This document shows, in pieces, positions 48,201-55,829 of a stretch of 64,000 nucleotides of DNA (positions are counted from its first letter, which is position 1; every line of letters begins with the position of its first letter). Under the pieces are notes generated by a model that was not told the DNA's origin, did no database searches, and was given only the letters and a program-made list of their open reading frames with translations. The position numbers and the translations under genes are program-made. The stretch comes from Bryobacterales bacterium (GTDB taxonomy: Bacteria > Acidobacteriota > Terriglobia > Bryobacterales > UBA6623): assembly GCA_028819215.1 (NCBI GenBank), contig JAPPMG010000053.1:30280-94279 (forward strand), in the 5' to 3' direction.

Positions 48201-48450
48201 GCAGCAGGCTGGAAGAAGGGTCCCCCGGAGTGATCGCCGGCCCCCGGCTACCGCCTTGCAGGAGCGATTCCTTGGAGTCGAGCCTCAGCTGTCCCATGGC
48301 CATCGTGTCGCCGCTGTGGCAGGCGTAGCACTTTTCTGCCAGCAGAGGACGGATGTGGCGCTCGAAATGCTCGAGTCCGGCCGAGCCTTGGGCGGACAGG
48401 GCCGGGAGAAGCAGCAGCGCACCCGAATATAGGAATAGCTGTCTCAACAT
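45202..48450 (-). CDS. PSCyt1/PSCyt2/PSD1 (DUF1549/DUF1553, 'planctomycete cytochrome c') large secreted protein
   Basis: Start set at the ATG at 48450 (MLRQLFLYSGALLLLPALSAQG). The heme-type motif is LLAEKCYACHS. RLDLTG-like VAFDLTGLPPTP, HYGERWGRHWLDLVR.AE (DUF1549) and CARCHDHKFDP...Y (DUF1553) are present. Confidence 0.85.
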   Translation of the reverse strand: MLRQLFLYSGALLLLPALSAQGSAGLEHFERHIRPLLAEKCYACHSGDTMAMGQLRLDSKESLLQGGSRGPAITPGDPSSSLLLKAVSYSSIDLKMPPSGRLSDEEVANLESWIRMGAPDPRSATAPEVEESGLDLAEGRRFWSFRPVGQPARPEVRNTDWARTDVDRFILARLEAEGLEAPAGADRRTMLRRVAFDLTGLPPTPADLEAFLSDTAPGAYSRVVERLLDSPHYGERWGRHWLDLVRWAETNGHEFDNNKLDAWRFRDYVIESFNSDLPYNRFLQEQIAGDLMPPRLSADGTHYVNPIASGMYWLWEVLNSPTDSVKARADQIDNQIDVLTKATQGLTVACARCHDHKFDPIPTADYYSLFGILASTHMDETCIDSPERASAIRAADREIGGINGQIAGMLQGARGRAVEGLAERLVAAAEEASTEDSDGLAAELDFAAEEPSHPLYPFAKIAKSRAVEGAAEVAELLAGMRREMSEWAAKADRGHQLWSERGDEIFEDFEAGFGKWAVNGAGFGSGPVRAVPPSQRLGGHWGQAVAASSGSGAEALVGTLTTEKFRMPAKYVHVRLAGPQYDRRLKEDAPARVTVIADEHKSGHAMPDGSGRLRWHTIAMTKERGRICSIEIVDRDRAGSITVDQIVFSSAPKPPPISGPVSARVLDLLADETIRSLPDLALAYEALARTLSAAASGPADDALLSGILGHTRRDQAAEFLAEDELRRYSELASRRDRLDQAVPASMFAMSSRDWQPADSPIHIRGNHKNAGEIAPRQFLQVIAGSEQDPYRNGSGRLELAQWVASEKNPLTARVMANRVWHHHFGRGIVASPDNFGRMGEEPTHPALLDFLARKFMDSGWSVKDLHREIVLSSTYRASSAPSERAEALDPSNRLLSHFPVRRLEAEAVRDSLLAVSGALDPSVGGPGVPPHISEYQDGRGKPASGPLDGLGRRSIYLQVRRNFLPPLFLAFDYPLPISTEGRRGVSAVASQALLMLNNEFVNGQARLWAERTLRAHEGTQERIEDMYLRAYGRPPEESEISEIEGFLASQVRLRDSAGLDDPAIWADLAHAVFNAAEFLFVR

Positions 48451-48580
48451 CTGGAACTTCCAATCAATCATACGACCTTGCCAGTCGGCCCGTCCTTGGT
48501 GTGGCACCACTGGAGCGGTTTGCGCGAGAACTGGCACGGGCTTCCCCGGGTGCAAGCCACCGAGGCTCTATAGTGGTTCC

Positions 48581-49123
48581 GTGCGGCTATACCTTGTCCC
48601 CACCCTTGCGATCGCTCTAGCAGGAGCGGCTCTTGCGCAGCCGGAGGGCATGATCCCGCGCTGGCAGGTCGAAGAGCTTTCCCAAGGTGTTGTGCAGAAC
48701 ATGGAGACCGCGCGAAAGGTCGTGGAGCAGCTACGGCCACAAGAATGGGTCCAAGACGGAGCGCCGTCCGCTTACATCGACCAGCACCAGTCGCTGCTGC
48801 AGGAAATGGAGCAGGTCAGCCTGGCTGCGCAAGCATTGGGCCGGGATCCGGAGAGCCTCACGTATGCGGTGGACGCGTTTCTCTGGCTGGATCGCACGGA
48901 CGCACTCATGGGCTCGATAGCAGCCGGCGCGCGCCAGTATTACAACGCTGCCGTGGCGGAGCTGTTGGATTCGGCCCGCAACCGCAATTCGGACGGCATC
49001 GCTACCGTCAAGCAGTACCTGCGCCAGTTGGCCGAGCACGTGGAGGGCTCGATGCGCGTGGCGCACCGAGAGGCCCAGCGCTGCCGGGCGGCAATCGTCT
49101 CCGAACCGCCCGACGGCCGATAA
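48581..49123 (+). CDS. Secreted hypothetical protein
   Basis: An in-frame GTG at 48581 gives VRLYLVPTLAIALAGAALAQPEG. The rest is predicted helical with no recognised motif. The longer ORF-track start (48353) overlaps the neighbouring gene's 5' end. Confidence 0.45.
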   Translation: MRLYLVPTLAIALAGAALAQPEGMIPRWQVEELSQGVVQNMETARKVVEQLRPQEWVQDGAPSAYIDQHQSLLQEMEQVSLAAQALGRDPESLTYAVDAFLWLDRTDALMGSIAAGARQYYNAAVAELLDSARNRNSDGIATVKQYLRQLAEHVEGSMRVAHREAQRCRAAIVSEPPDGR

Positions 49124-49212
49124 GCGGCCGGGCGCACCGCAACCCTTACGCTCACATGCGCAGTCTAGTGCGGCCCTGGCCTAGCCAGTCGGGCACGCGG
49201 CTCGCAGAGCGA

Positions 49213-50241
49213 TCAGAACGAGCCGCCGCGCTCCTCGAAGTGCGTGGGCTTGCCCAAGCCCGAGCCTCCCGCGAGGATCCACTTGGAGATGCGATCGACC
49301 ATCTCGTCCAAGCCAGTCGCCGGCGGGCCGAGCAGCGCTGCGCACTGGCGCGCGTCGCTGAGCAAGGCTGTAGGTTCCTCGGCTCCGCGGTAGATCGGCT
49401 CCACGCCCAGGACGCGGCCGAAGCGCTCGGCGATCGCGCGCACGCTTAGCGCCTCCGTTCCGGTCACGTTCAAAGTCAGCGGCGGTGTCGAGCAGTGCTC
49501 CAGCAGACGCAGCGCGATCGAATTGGCGTCCCGCTGCCAGATCACGTTGACATAGCCCATCGCCAGGTCGATCGGGCTGCGGTTGCGTACCTGATCGGCT
49601 ACGTCTCGCAAGACGCCATAGCGCGGCTCGACGGCGTAGTTGAGACGCAGTATTGCGGCGGGCGTGCCGTGTAGTTCGCTGAAGTACTCGAACAGGCGCT
49701 CGCGGCCCAGCACCGACTGTGCGTATTCCCCGACGGGTCCGGTCGGCTGGCGCTCAGAGGGGCCGGGGCCGGGAGCGGCGCTGAAGGGATAGACGTTTCC
49801 GCTGGAGAACACCACTGTCCGCGCTCCGGGAAACGTCTCGGCCACCAAGGCCGGAAGGTACGCATTGGCCGCCCAGGTCCGGCCGGGGTTGCCGGCGGTG
49901 CCGAACTTGTGGCCTGCCATGAAGATCACGTTGGGCGCGCGCGGCAATGCCGCCACGTCCCGGCGAGACAGCAGGTCGGCTCGGATGGTCTCCACACCCC
50001 AGCGCTCCAAGCGCGGGCGCACGCCGGGATCGCTGAAGCGAGCCACGCCGATGACGCGCCTCGGCCTTGCGGCAGTGTCGGAGGCCCTTCGCGCCAGACG
50101 GGCCAGCGTCGGACCCATCTTGCCGCCGACTCCGAGCACCAGAATGTCGCCGTCGAGACGGCGCATCAGATCCGTGTCAGCCTCGCTCGGACGGGACAGA
50201 TCGGCGTCCAATCTGTCGGAGTCTGCCGCGCTGACAGGCAC
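49213..50241 (-). CDS. NAD-dependent epimerase/dehydratase-family protein
   Basis: The Rossmann motif is ILVLGVGGKMGPTLARLA, and the body is SDR-extended-like. A GTG start at 50241 directly abuts the upstream stop. The ATG at 50166 (MRRLDGDILVLG) is an alternative. Confidence 0.75.
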   Translation of the reverse strand: MPVSAADSDRLDADLSRPSEADTDLMRRLDGDILVLGVGGKMGPTLARLARRASDTAARPRRVIGVARFSDPGVRPRLERWGVETIRADLLSRRDVAALPRAPNVIFMAGHKFGTAGNPGRTWAANAYLPALVAETFPGARTVVFSSGNVYPFSAAPGPGPSERQPTGPVGEYAQSVLGRERLFEYFSELHGTPAAILRLNYAVEPRYGVLRDVADQVRNRSPIDLAMGYVNVIWQRDANSIALRLLEHCSTPPLTLNVTGTEALSVRAIAERFGRVLGVEPIYRGAEEPTALLSDARQCAALLGPPATGLDEMVDRISKWILAGGSGLGKPTHFEERGGSF

Positions 50242-51030
50242 TTAGCCGCTTGCTACCAGTTCGTCCGGGAACAGGGCCACGCCCTTCGGCGGGGGCAGGA
50301 AGTCCCTCAGCAGGTGGAGTCTCAATCGAATGTACCTGCTGGCGAGCTGTTTCGGGCCGTTGTCAAGGTCGATGTCGCAGCACAGGCCGTGCAGGTACAG
50401 CGCCAGCGTGTCGGCAAGTGCCGCGTCGCGGTAGGCGTCCAGACAGCGCTGCCTGTCTTCTGCGTCCGCCGCAAGCGCGAGCAGATCCTTCTTGCAGAGC
50501 CACGCGAATTCGTTGACCTCGCCGTGTGCGTTCTTCTTCAGCTCCGTGTCCAGCAACAGGTTGAACATCTCGCAAAGCTCGGCGTCAGCATGTTCGATGA
50601 CGCGCGAGGCAAGTGCTTGGTAGAACAGGACATGGGAGTCGAAGTAATCGTCGCTGCGAATGGCCACGAAGATGTAGTGCTCCGTCTTGGTCTTCTGGTA
50701 GTCGGAGAACCAGCGCTTATCTCCGGACGGCTCGGCGAAGCTAATCCGAACAACGCCGCCCCCCTTCTCCGAGCTTGCTTCAGCGGCTAGGAACGGCACC
50801 AGCACCAAGCGCAAGTTGGGAATCAGGCTCAGAACCTTCGGCGGTAGCGCACTAATCGGATCGAAGACCAACCGCTGGCGTTCCTTCTCGTCCAGCGGCT
50901 CTACAGAGAAGTAGGAAACATGTTCGTTGATCGGAATCAAGACCTCGCGGCAGCTGGCGACGAACTCCTTGGTGGGGATCCCTCGTGCGTCGTTCAGCTT
51001 GGCGGGGGACAAGGCCTGTGCGCTCGACAC
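50242..51030 (-). CDS. Hypothetical protein, no recognisable domain
   Basis: 262-aa ORF with normal-looking composition and GC3 bias. Its stop TAA is immediately followed by the GTG of the epimerase ORF. No motif known to me. Confidence 0.55.
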   Translation of the reverse strand: MSSAQALSPAKLNDARGIPTKEFVASCREVLIPINEHVSYFSVEPLDEKERQRLVFDPISALPPKVLSLIPNLRLVLVPFLAAEASSEKGGGVVRISFAEPSGDKRWFSDYQKTKTEHYIFVAIRSDDYFDSHVLFYQALASRVIEHADAELCEMFNLLLDTELKKNAHGEVNEFAWLCKKDLLALAADAEDRQRCLDAYRDAALADTLALYLHGLCCDIDLDNGPKQLASRYIRLRLHLLRDFLPPPKGVALFPDELVASG

Positions 51031-51230
51031 GTTCCCTTGATTTTATCAGAGGACTTGGCGTTTTTGCCGCCGCGCTGCGGCCCTGAACCACGCGTGGCAG
51101 AGGCACCATTCCTAGGGCCTGCAGCATGCAGCCCGACGGTGCCTGAAGGCAGATCTAGCGCTCGATTCGGGCGCCGCGGTTGCGCCTCGGAGCGATGAGC
51201 GCTGGCCGGAAAGTAGTATGGTCTAGCGAG

Positions 51231-53009
51231 ATGACCGAGCATCCGACCGTCGAAGGCGCGCCCCCGACTTCAGGCGAGCAAGTCTACACGCCCCAGCCCG
51301 GAGAGCGGCAGATGACTGCGCGGTCCATTGTGGCGGGCTGCCTGCTTGGGGGCTTCATCTCATGCATGAACATCTACATGGGCTTGAAGATCGGCTGGTC
51401 GTTCGGAGGGTCGCTCATCGCCGCGATTCTCGGGTTCGCGCTGTTCATGGTGATGGGACGGTCCCTGTCCGTGCTGGAGTGCAACATCACCCAGACATCC
51501 GGTTCGGCCGCGGGCACGATGGCCTCGGCCGCGGGGCTGCTTTCTTCGATTCCCGCGATGGGCATGCTGGGATACGAAATCCCCATGCCCGGCCTGTTCC
51601 TTTGGGGCCTGTCAATCGCCTATCTGGGAGTATTCTTCGCCGTTCCCCTGCGCCGCCAGATGATCGATGTCGACAAACTGCGCTTCCCGACCGGAACCGC
51701 GACGGCGGAGACGATCCTGGCGATGTTCGCCAAGGCCCAAGAAGCGGTCGACAAGGCCCGCGCGCTGCTCTGGGCAGGGGTGGCTGCCGGCACCTTCACG
51801 CTGGCAACCTACTTCCTGCCAGCTCTGGAAATGCCGCCAGCGGAGTTCTTGGGAATCGGCGCCCTGGCGGTCGCAGCAGGTTGGGGATTTCGGCTCTACC
51901 TCGGCCCCATGCTGTTCGGGGCAGGCATCCTGATCGGACCCCGGGTCGGCGCCAGCCTGGCCCTGGGAGCCATCGTGGCTTGGGGGATTCTGGGGCCTTG
52001 GGTCCAGGCCAACGGCTGGGCGCCGGGCGGCGTGATGAGCTACACGGACGGCCCGAGAGGCTGGCTGCTGTGGCCCGGCGTGGCCATCATGGTCTCAGAG
52101 GCCCTGATGTCGCTGGCGCTGAATTGGCGCACCTTCCTACGGACATTCCGGAGCGGGCCCTTGATCGGATCGGGCGAGGCCGGGGCGGACCGAATTCCGA
52201 CCGCATGGTGGCGCAACGGCCTGGCAGTCGCGGCGGTCGGCACCGTCACCGCCGCTTGGTACTTGTTCGAGATTCCACCGCACCTCACGGTAGTGGCCCT
52301 GATCCTTTCGTTCGCCCTGGCGGCGGTGGCGGTTCGCTCCACCGGGGAGACAGACATCAACCCGGTTGGAGGCATGGGCAAGGTCACACAGCTGGTCTAC
52401 GGCGGGATCGCTCCGGGCAGCACGGCTACCAACCTGATGGCAGCAGCCATCACAGGAGCGGGCGCCTCGCAGGCAGCGGACATGATGCAGGACCTCAAGA
52501 CCGGCAAGCTGCTCGGCGCGTCGCCGCGACGCCAGTTTGTCGCGCAGCTGTGGGGCCTGGCGGCGGGTGTGCTGTTCTGCATTCCGGCCTACCTGCTGGT
52601 CACCAGCGCCTACCCCCTTGGAGGGGATCAACTGCCCGCTCCCGCGGCCTTCGCTTGGAAGGCGATGGCCGAGCTGCTGACTCAAGGGCTGGAGGCTCTT
52701 CCGGCCAATGCTGTGCCAGCGGTGGCGATCGGAGCGGTCTTTGGCGCATCGCTGGCCTGTCTGCGGAGAGTGCCGAAGCTGGCGCCGTACCTGCCCAGCG
52801 GGCTGGCGGTCGGCATCGCCTTCATCGTGCAGGCATTCTTCTCGCTGGTAATCTTCTTCGGCTCGGTCGCGCTGGTGATCTGGCGACGCGTCAACCCGAG
52901 CCAAGCCAAGAAGCTCAGCTTCGCGGTCGCATCGGGCCTAGTGGCGGGCGAGGGAATGTTCGGGATCTTCAAGGCGGCGATGACCCTGCTGGAAGTGCCT
53001 ACGCTGTAG
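51231..53009 (+). CDS. OPT-family oligopeptide transporter
   Basis: Start set at the ATG at 51231. SIVAGCLLGGFISCMNIYMGLKIGWSFGGSLIAAILGF, PLRRQMIDVDKLRFPTGTATAE and GETDINPVGGMGKVTQL are OPT signatures. About 16 TM segments. Confidence 0.88.
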   Translation: MTEHPTVEGAPPTSGEQVYTPQPGERQMTARSIVAGCLLGGFISCMNIYMGLKIGWSFGGSLIAAILGFALFMVMGRSLSVLECNITQTSGSAAGTMASAAGLLSSIPAMGMLGYEIPMPGLFLWGLSIAYLGVFFAVPLRRQMIDVDKLRFPTGTATAETILAMFAKAQEAVDKARALLWAGVAAGTFTLATYFLPALEMPPAEFLGIGALAVAAGWGFRLYLGPMLFGAGILIGPRVGASLALGAIVAWGILGPWVQANGWAPGGVMSYTDGPRGWLLWPGVAIMVSEALMSLALNWRTFLRTFRSGPLIGSGEAGADRIPTAWWRNGLAVAAVGTVTAAWYLFEIPPHLTVVALILSFALAAVAVRSTGETDINPVGGMGKVTQLVYGGIAPGSTATNLMAAAITGAGASQAADMMQDLKTGKLLGASPRRQFVAQLWGLAAGVLFCIPAYLLVTSAYPLGGDQLPAPAAFAWKAMAELLTQGLEALPANAVPAVAIGAVFGASLACLRRVPKLAPYLPSGLAVGIAFIVQAFFSLVIFFGSVALVIWRRVNPSQAKKLSFAVASGLVAGEGMFGIFKAAMTLLEVPTL

Positions 53010-53139
53010 CGCCGGCCGGATTCCGCCTGAATGCGGAGCTCGGGCGCTGCCGGCCGGAACGCTCTCCAAGCTGGATCGCCCACTCCGGCTGATGCCCGCG
53101 CTACACTGCGGGCGAGCGACCAAGACTGGAGGCCCCGCT

Positions 53140-53964
53140 ATGAGATACCGACTATCTTTCGCCCTGATCGCCTGTGCCGGCCTGTTGGCTCAGTCCGGCT
53201 TGAAGGTCGAATCCATCGATCGCAGGGTTAGCCCCTATGTGCTGGAGCGGCTCCCGGCGTCTGACCGCGTCCTGTTCGACAAGCTGGCGCGAGCCCCGCT
53301 GGAGGCTGTCTGGTCGCAGTTGGTAAGCAGGGGCTACGAGCATTGCTTCATCAATGAACTGGATGCCTTGCACCCGGACCGGCGGCTTGTCGGAAGGGCG
53401 CGCACGATGCGGTACTTGCCGACGCGCCCCGACCTGCGCGAGGAGATCTATGCCAAGCGCAAGCAGCTCAACTACGTTTCCGCCGAGGAAGCACAGCCGG
53501 GAGACGTACTCGTGTTTGACTCTGGCGGCGACACCCGCTCGGCGGTCTCGGGCGAGATTACCACCGTACGATTCCTCGCCCGCGGCGGCACGGGGCTCAT
53601 CGTGGACGGGGCATTGCGCGACGTGCCCGAGATCGCGGGCATGCCGCTGCAGGTGTACCAAAGGCGCGGGCAAGCCGCGGCCGTGCGGCCCAATCTGATG
53701 AGCGTCGACTACCAAGTGCCGGTACGCATTGGCAACGTCACCGTCCGCCCGGGAGACCTGCTGCTCGGTGAGCGGCACGGGGTCTTGGTCATCCCGGCAG
53801 CACTGGCAGAGGAAGTCTTGGATGCCGCGCTATCGAAGCAAGACCTTGAGAGCTTCCAGCGCAAGCTGCTGCTGGAAGGGCGCTCGATCTATGGCGTCTA
53901 CCCGCCAGACGAGAAGACCTTGCGAGAGTTCGAGGAGTCTGGCAAGGGTGCCGAAAGCCGATGA
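53140..53964 (+). CDS. RraA-family (RraA / HMG-CHA aldolase-like) protein with N-terminal signal peptide
   Basis: Start set at the ATG at 53140 (MRYRLSFALIACAGLLAQSG). GDVLVFDSGGDTRSAVSGEITTVRFLARGGTGLIVDGALRDVPEI and VRPGDLLLGERHGVLVIP are the RraA fold motifs. Confidence 0.75.
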   Translation: MRYRLSFALIACAGLLAQSGLKVESIDRRVSPYVLERLPASDRVLFDKLARAPLEAVWSQLVSRGYEHCFINELDALHPDRRLVGRARTMRYLPTRPDLREEIYAKRKQLNYVSAEEAQPGDVLVFDSGGDTRSAVSGEITTVRFLARGGTGLIVDGALRDVPEIAGMPLQVYQRRGQAAAVRPNLMSVDYQVPVRIGNVTVRPGDLLLGERHGVLVIPAALAEEVLDAALSKQDLESFQRKLLLEGRSIYGVYPPDEKTLREFEESGKGAESR

Positions 53965-53990
53965 CGGCGGGCGCGCGACCGGGCTGGGGG

Positions 53991-54067
53991 TGGTACCGAC
54001 GGATGGATTCGAACCATCGACCTCCTGATCCACAATCAGGCGCTCTAACCAACTGAGCTACGTCGGC
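53991..54067 (-). tRNA. tRNA-His (anticodon GUG), CCA encoded, no G-1 encoded
   Basis: Minus-strand read: GCCGACG TA GCTC AGTTGGTTA GAGC G CCTGA TTGTGGA TCAGG AGGTC GATGG TTCGAAT CCATC CGTCGGT A CCA. The base 5' of G1 is C (plus-strand g at 54068). The pair 1:72 is G:U and the discriminator is A. Confidence 0.88.
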
Positions 54068-54260
54068 GTTGGCGCGGCCCTGCAGCCGCCGCGGCGTGGT
54101 CAAGGGCGAGCCACTCCCCTGTGCCTCCAGAATACACGATCCTTCGGTTCGCCTTGCCCGGTCGTCGCGCGCGGCGAGGCCTGTCAGTTGCTGGGCGGCA
54201 CGGACCTCTACCCCGGCCCGCGCGTTGGGGAACTTCGCCATCGTCCCGTCCAAACCCGTG

Positions 54261-55829
54261 ATGCTGCACAATGGTTTCGTGATCGGCCGACGCCGCTTTC
54301 TCGCAGCATCTGCGGCACTTCCCTTCGCCGCTCGCAGCATCGCTCGCGCCGAGACCTCGGCACGGGGACTCCGGCTCACATACAAGGTCGCGTCTCCCCC
54401 GAAACTGCCGCCGCCGCTTGACCCCGGGCCGGATCCGAGGATCGAGGTCGAGTTCCAAGGCAGCGGGCGCGCCGCCCGCTGCAGCCTGGGCCTGCAAGTC
54501 CTGCTGGACGGCGAGCCGCACCTGCTGCCGCTGGCGATCTGGACGGAGGATCCCCGAGCCTATTGGCGCATGCGCGAAGCGCTCCACCTGCCAGCCTTGC
54601 GAGGGGCGGTCCGGTGGGCGGACGACGCCTGGACACTTGCAGTCTCTGGACGGGACGAATTCTCGGCCAGAGCCACGCCACCTGCCGCCGAAGCGGATGC
54701 GTCCGCGGAGGACCGTCCATGGCTGTCGTACCGGCACCAACTGTCTCCCAGTTGGGCAGAGGGCCCGCTCGGCGATCGGCCCGTAGAGCTGTGGCGCTCG
54801 CCCACGGCGAGCGCGGCAGGCGCAACGCAAGCCACCTCAGCCGAGACCTCCGGCAAACTCGGCGGCTGGCTGGCCAGGCTCGGGGCATCCGGCCCGGTCT
54901 CCGCGCACGTCGTGCCGGACCGCTCGGAACGAGAACAGGAGTTCGCACGGCATGTCGCCGCATCGGACTTCGAACCCTTCGCGTTGCGGAACTACTCCGG
55001 AGGCTCGCTGGGACTGCCGGAAATCGACACGCAGTTTTCCGGCGCGGCCGCCCTGGAGGCGTACCGCGGCCAAAGCCGCGTCCGCCTCCCAGGGTTGCTC
55101 ATCGTGTCCGTAGACTGCGTCGCGAATCCGCACGTAGTCGAGCGCCTCGTCCCAGCGCCGTGCATCGCCGACCCCAATGCCCTAGTAAGGGTGATGGCCA
55201 TCCGCGGCCTCAACGATCCCTCCCTCGACGAGGCCTGGCTGCTTGCCCGCTGCGGCATTGACGGACAACGGGCTTGGTACGCGATCTCGCACTTGAAGAA
55301 CTCCCTGGCAGGCAGCGAGTTCGGCCGCGAGGCGTGGGGGTACCCGACCCAAGATGGCGAGGCCCACGCACTGCTTGGAGCGAATCGCTTCACGTCTTCG
55401 GTAATGCGCGGCAACCTGAGCCTGTACCGGGCCGACGGATCCTACGGCGGATTCTCGACAGGCACATCGCTCAACGAGATGCTGGTAGTGACGCTGCGGC
55501 CAAAGATTGGTGCCGGCTCAGAGCCTCGCCGTGGAGAGCTGCTGCTACAGCCGTGGTACTACCAGGGCTTGCGCAAGCCCCTCAACCGCCAGAGCCTCTA
55601 TGCGGCGTTCACCGCACCGCCGGACAAGGACGCCAGCAACCCGTGGAACCGGATGGGACCTGTCGACGCGTACTGGGCAGACATCTACGACGACGCCGAC
55701 CTGCAGCGCCTGCCAGCGGCGCTGGCGGGCGAGGTGCCTGACATCGCGCCCTACTACCGCGACCGTTGCGACGGCCACCTGCCGTGGGAGCCTCGGCCAG
55801 CCGGCGCTCAAGAACGCACGTCAGACTAG
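54261..55829 (+). CDS. Tat-signal hypothetical protein; C-terminal half possibly acetoacetate-decarboxylase-like
   Basis: Start set at the ATG at 54261 (MLHNGFVIGRRRFLAASAALPFAARSIARAE). GREAWGYPTQDGEA resembles the REiwG.PK motif of the ADC family (from memory, weak). The rest is unassigned. Confidence 0.5.
   Translation: MLHNGFVIGRRRFLAASAALPFAARSIARAETSARGLRLTYKVASPPKLPPPLDPGPDPRIEVEFQGSGRAARCSLGLQVLLDGEPHLLPLAIWTEDPRAYWRMREALHLPALRGAVRWADDAWTLAVSGRDEFSARATPPAAEADASAEDRPWLSYRHQLSPSWAEGPLGDRPVELWRSPTASAAGATQATSAETSGKLGGWLARLGASGPVSAHVVPDRSEREQEFARHVAASDFEPFALRNYSGGSLGLPEIDTQFSGAAALEAYRGQSRVRLPGLLIVSVDCVANPHVVERLVPAPCIADPNALVRVMAIRGLNDPSLDEAWLLARCGIDGQRAWYAISHLKNSLAGSEFGREAWGYPTQDGEAHALLGANRFTSSVMRGNLSLYRADGSYGGFSTGTSLNEMLVVTLRPKIGAGSEPRRGELLLQPWYYQGLRKPLNRQSLYAAFTAPPDKDASNPWNRMGPVDAYWADIYDDADLQRLPAALAGEVPDIAPYYRDRCDGHLPWEPRPAGAQERTSD

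Noticed and set aside
51362-53092. 576-aa same-strand alternative-frame ORF over the OPT transporter
   Set aside because: The product is Arg/Gly/Pro-rich with no hydrophobic segments. The 51231 frame gives a coherent multi-pass OPT protein.
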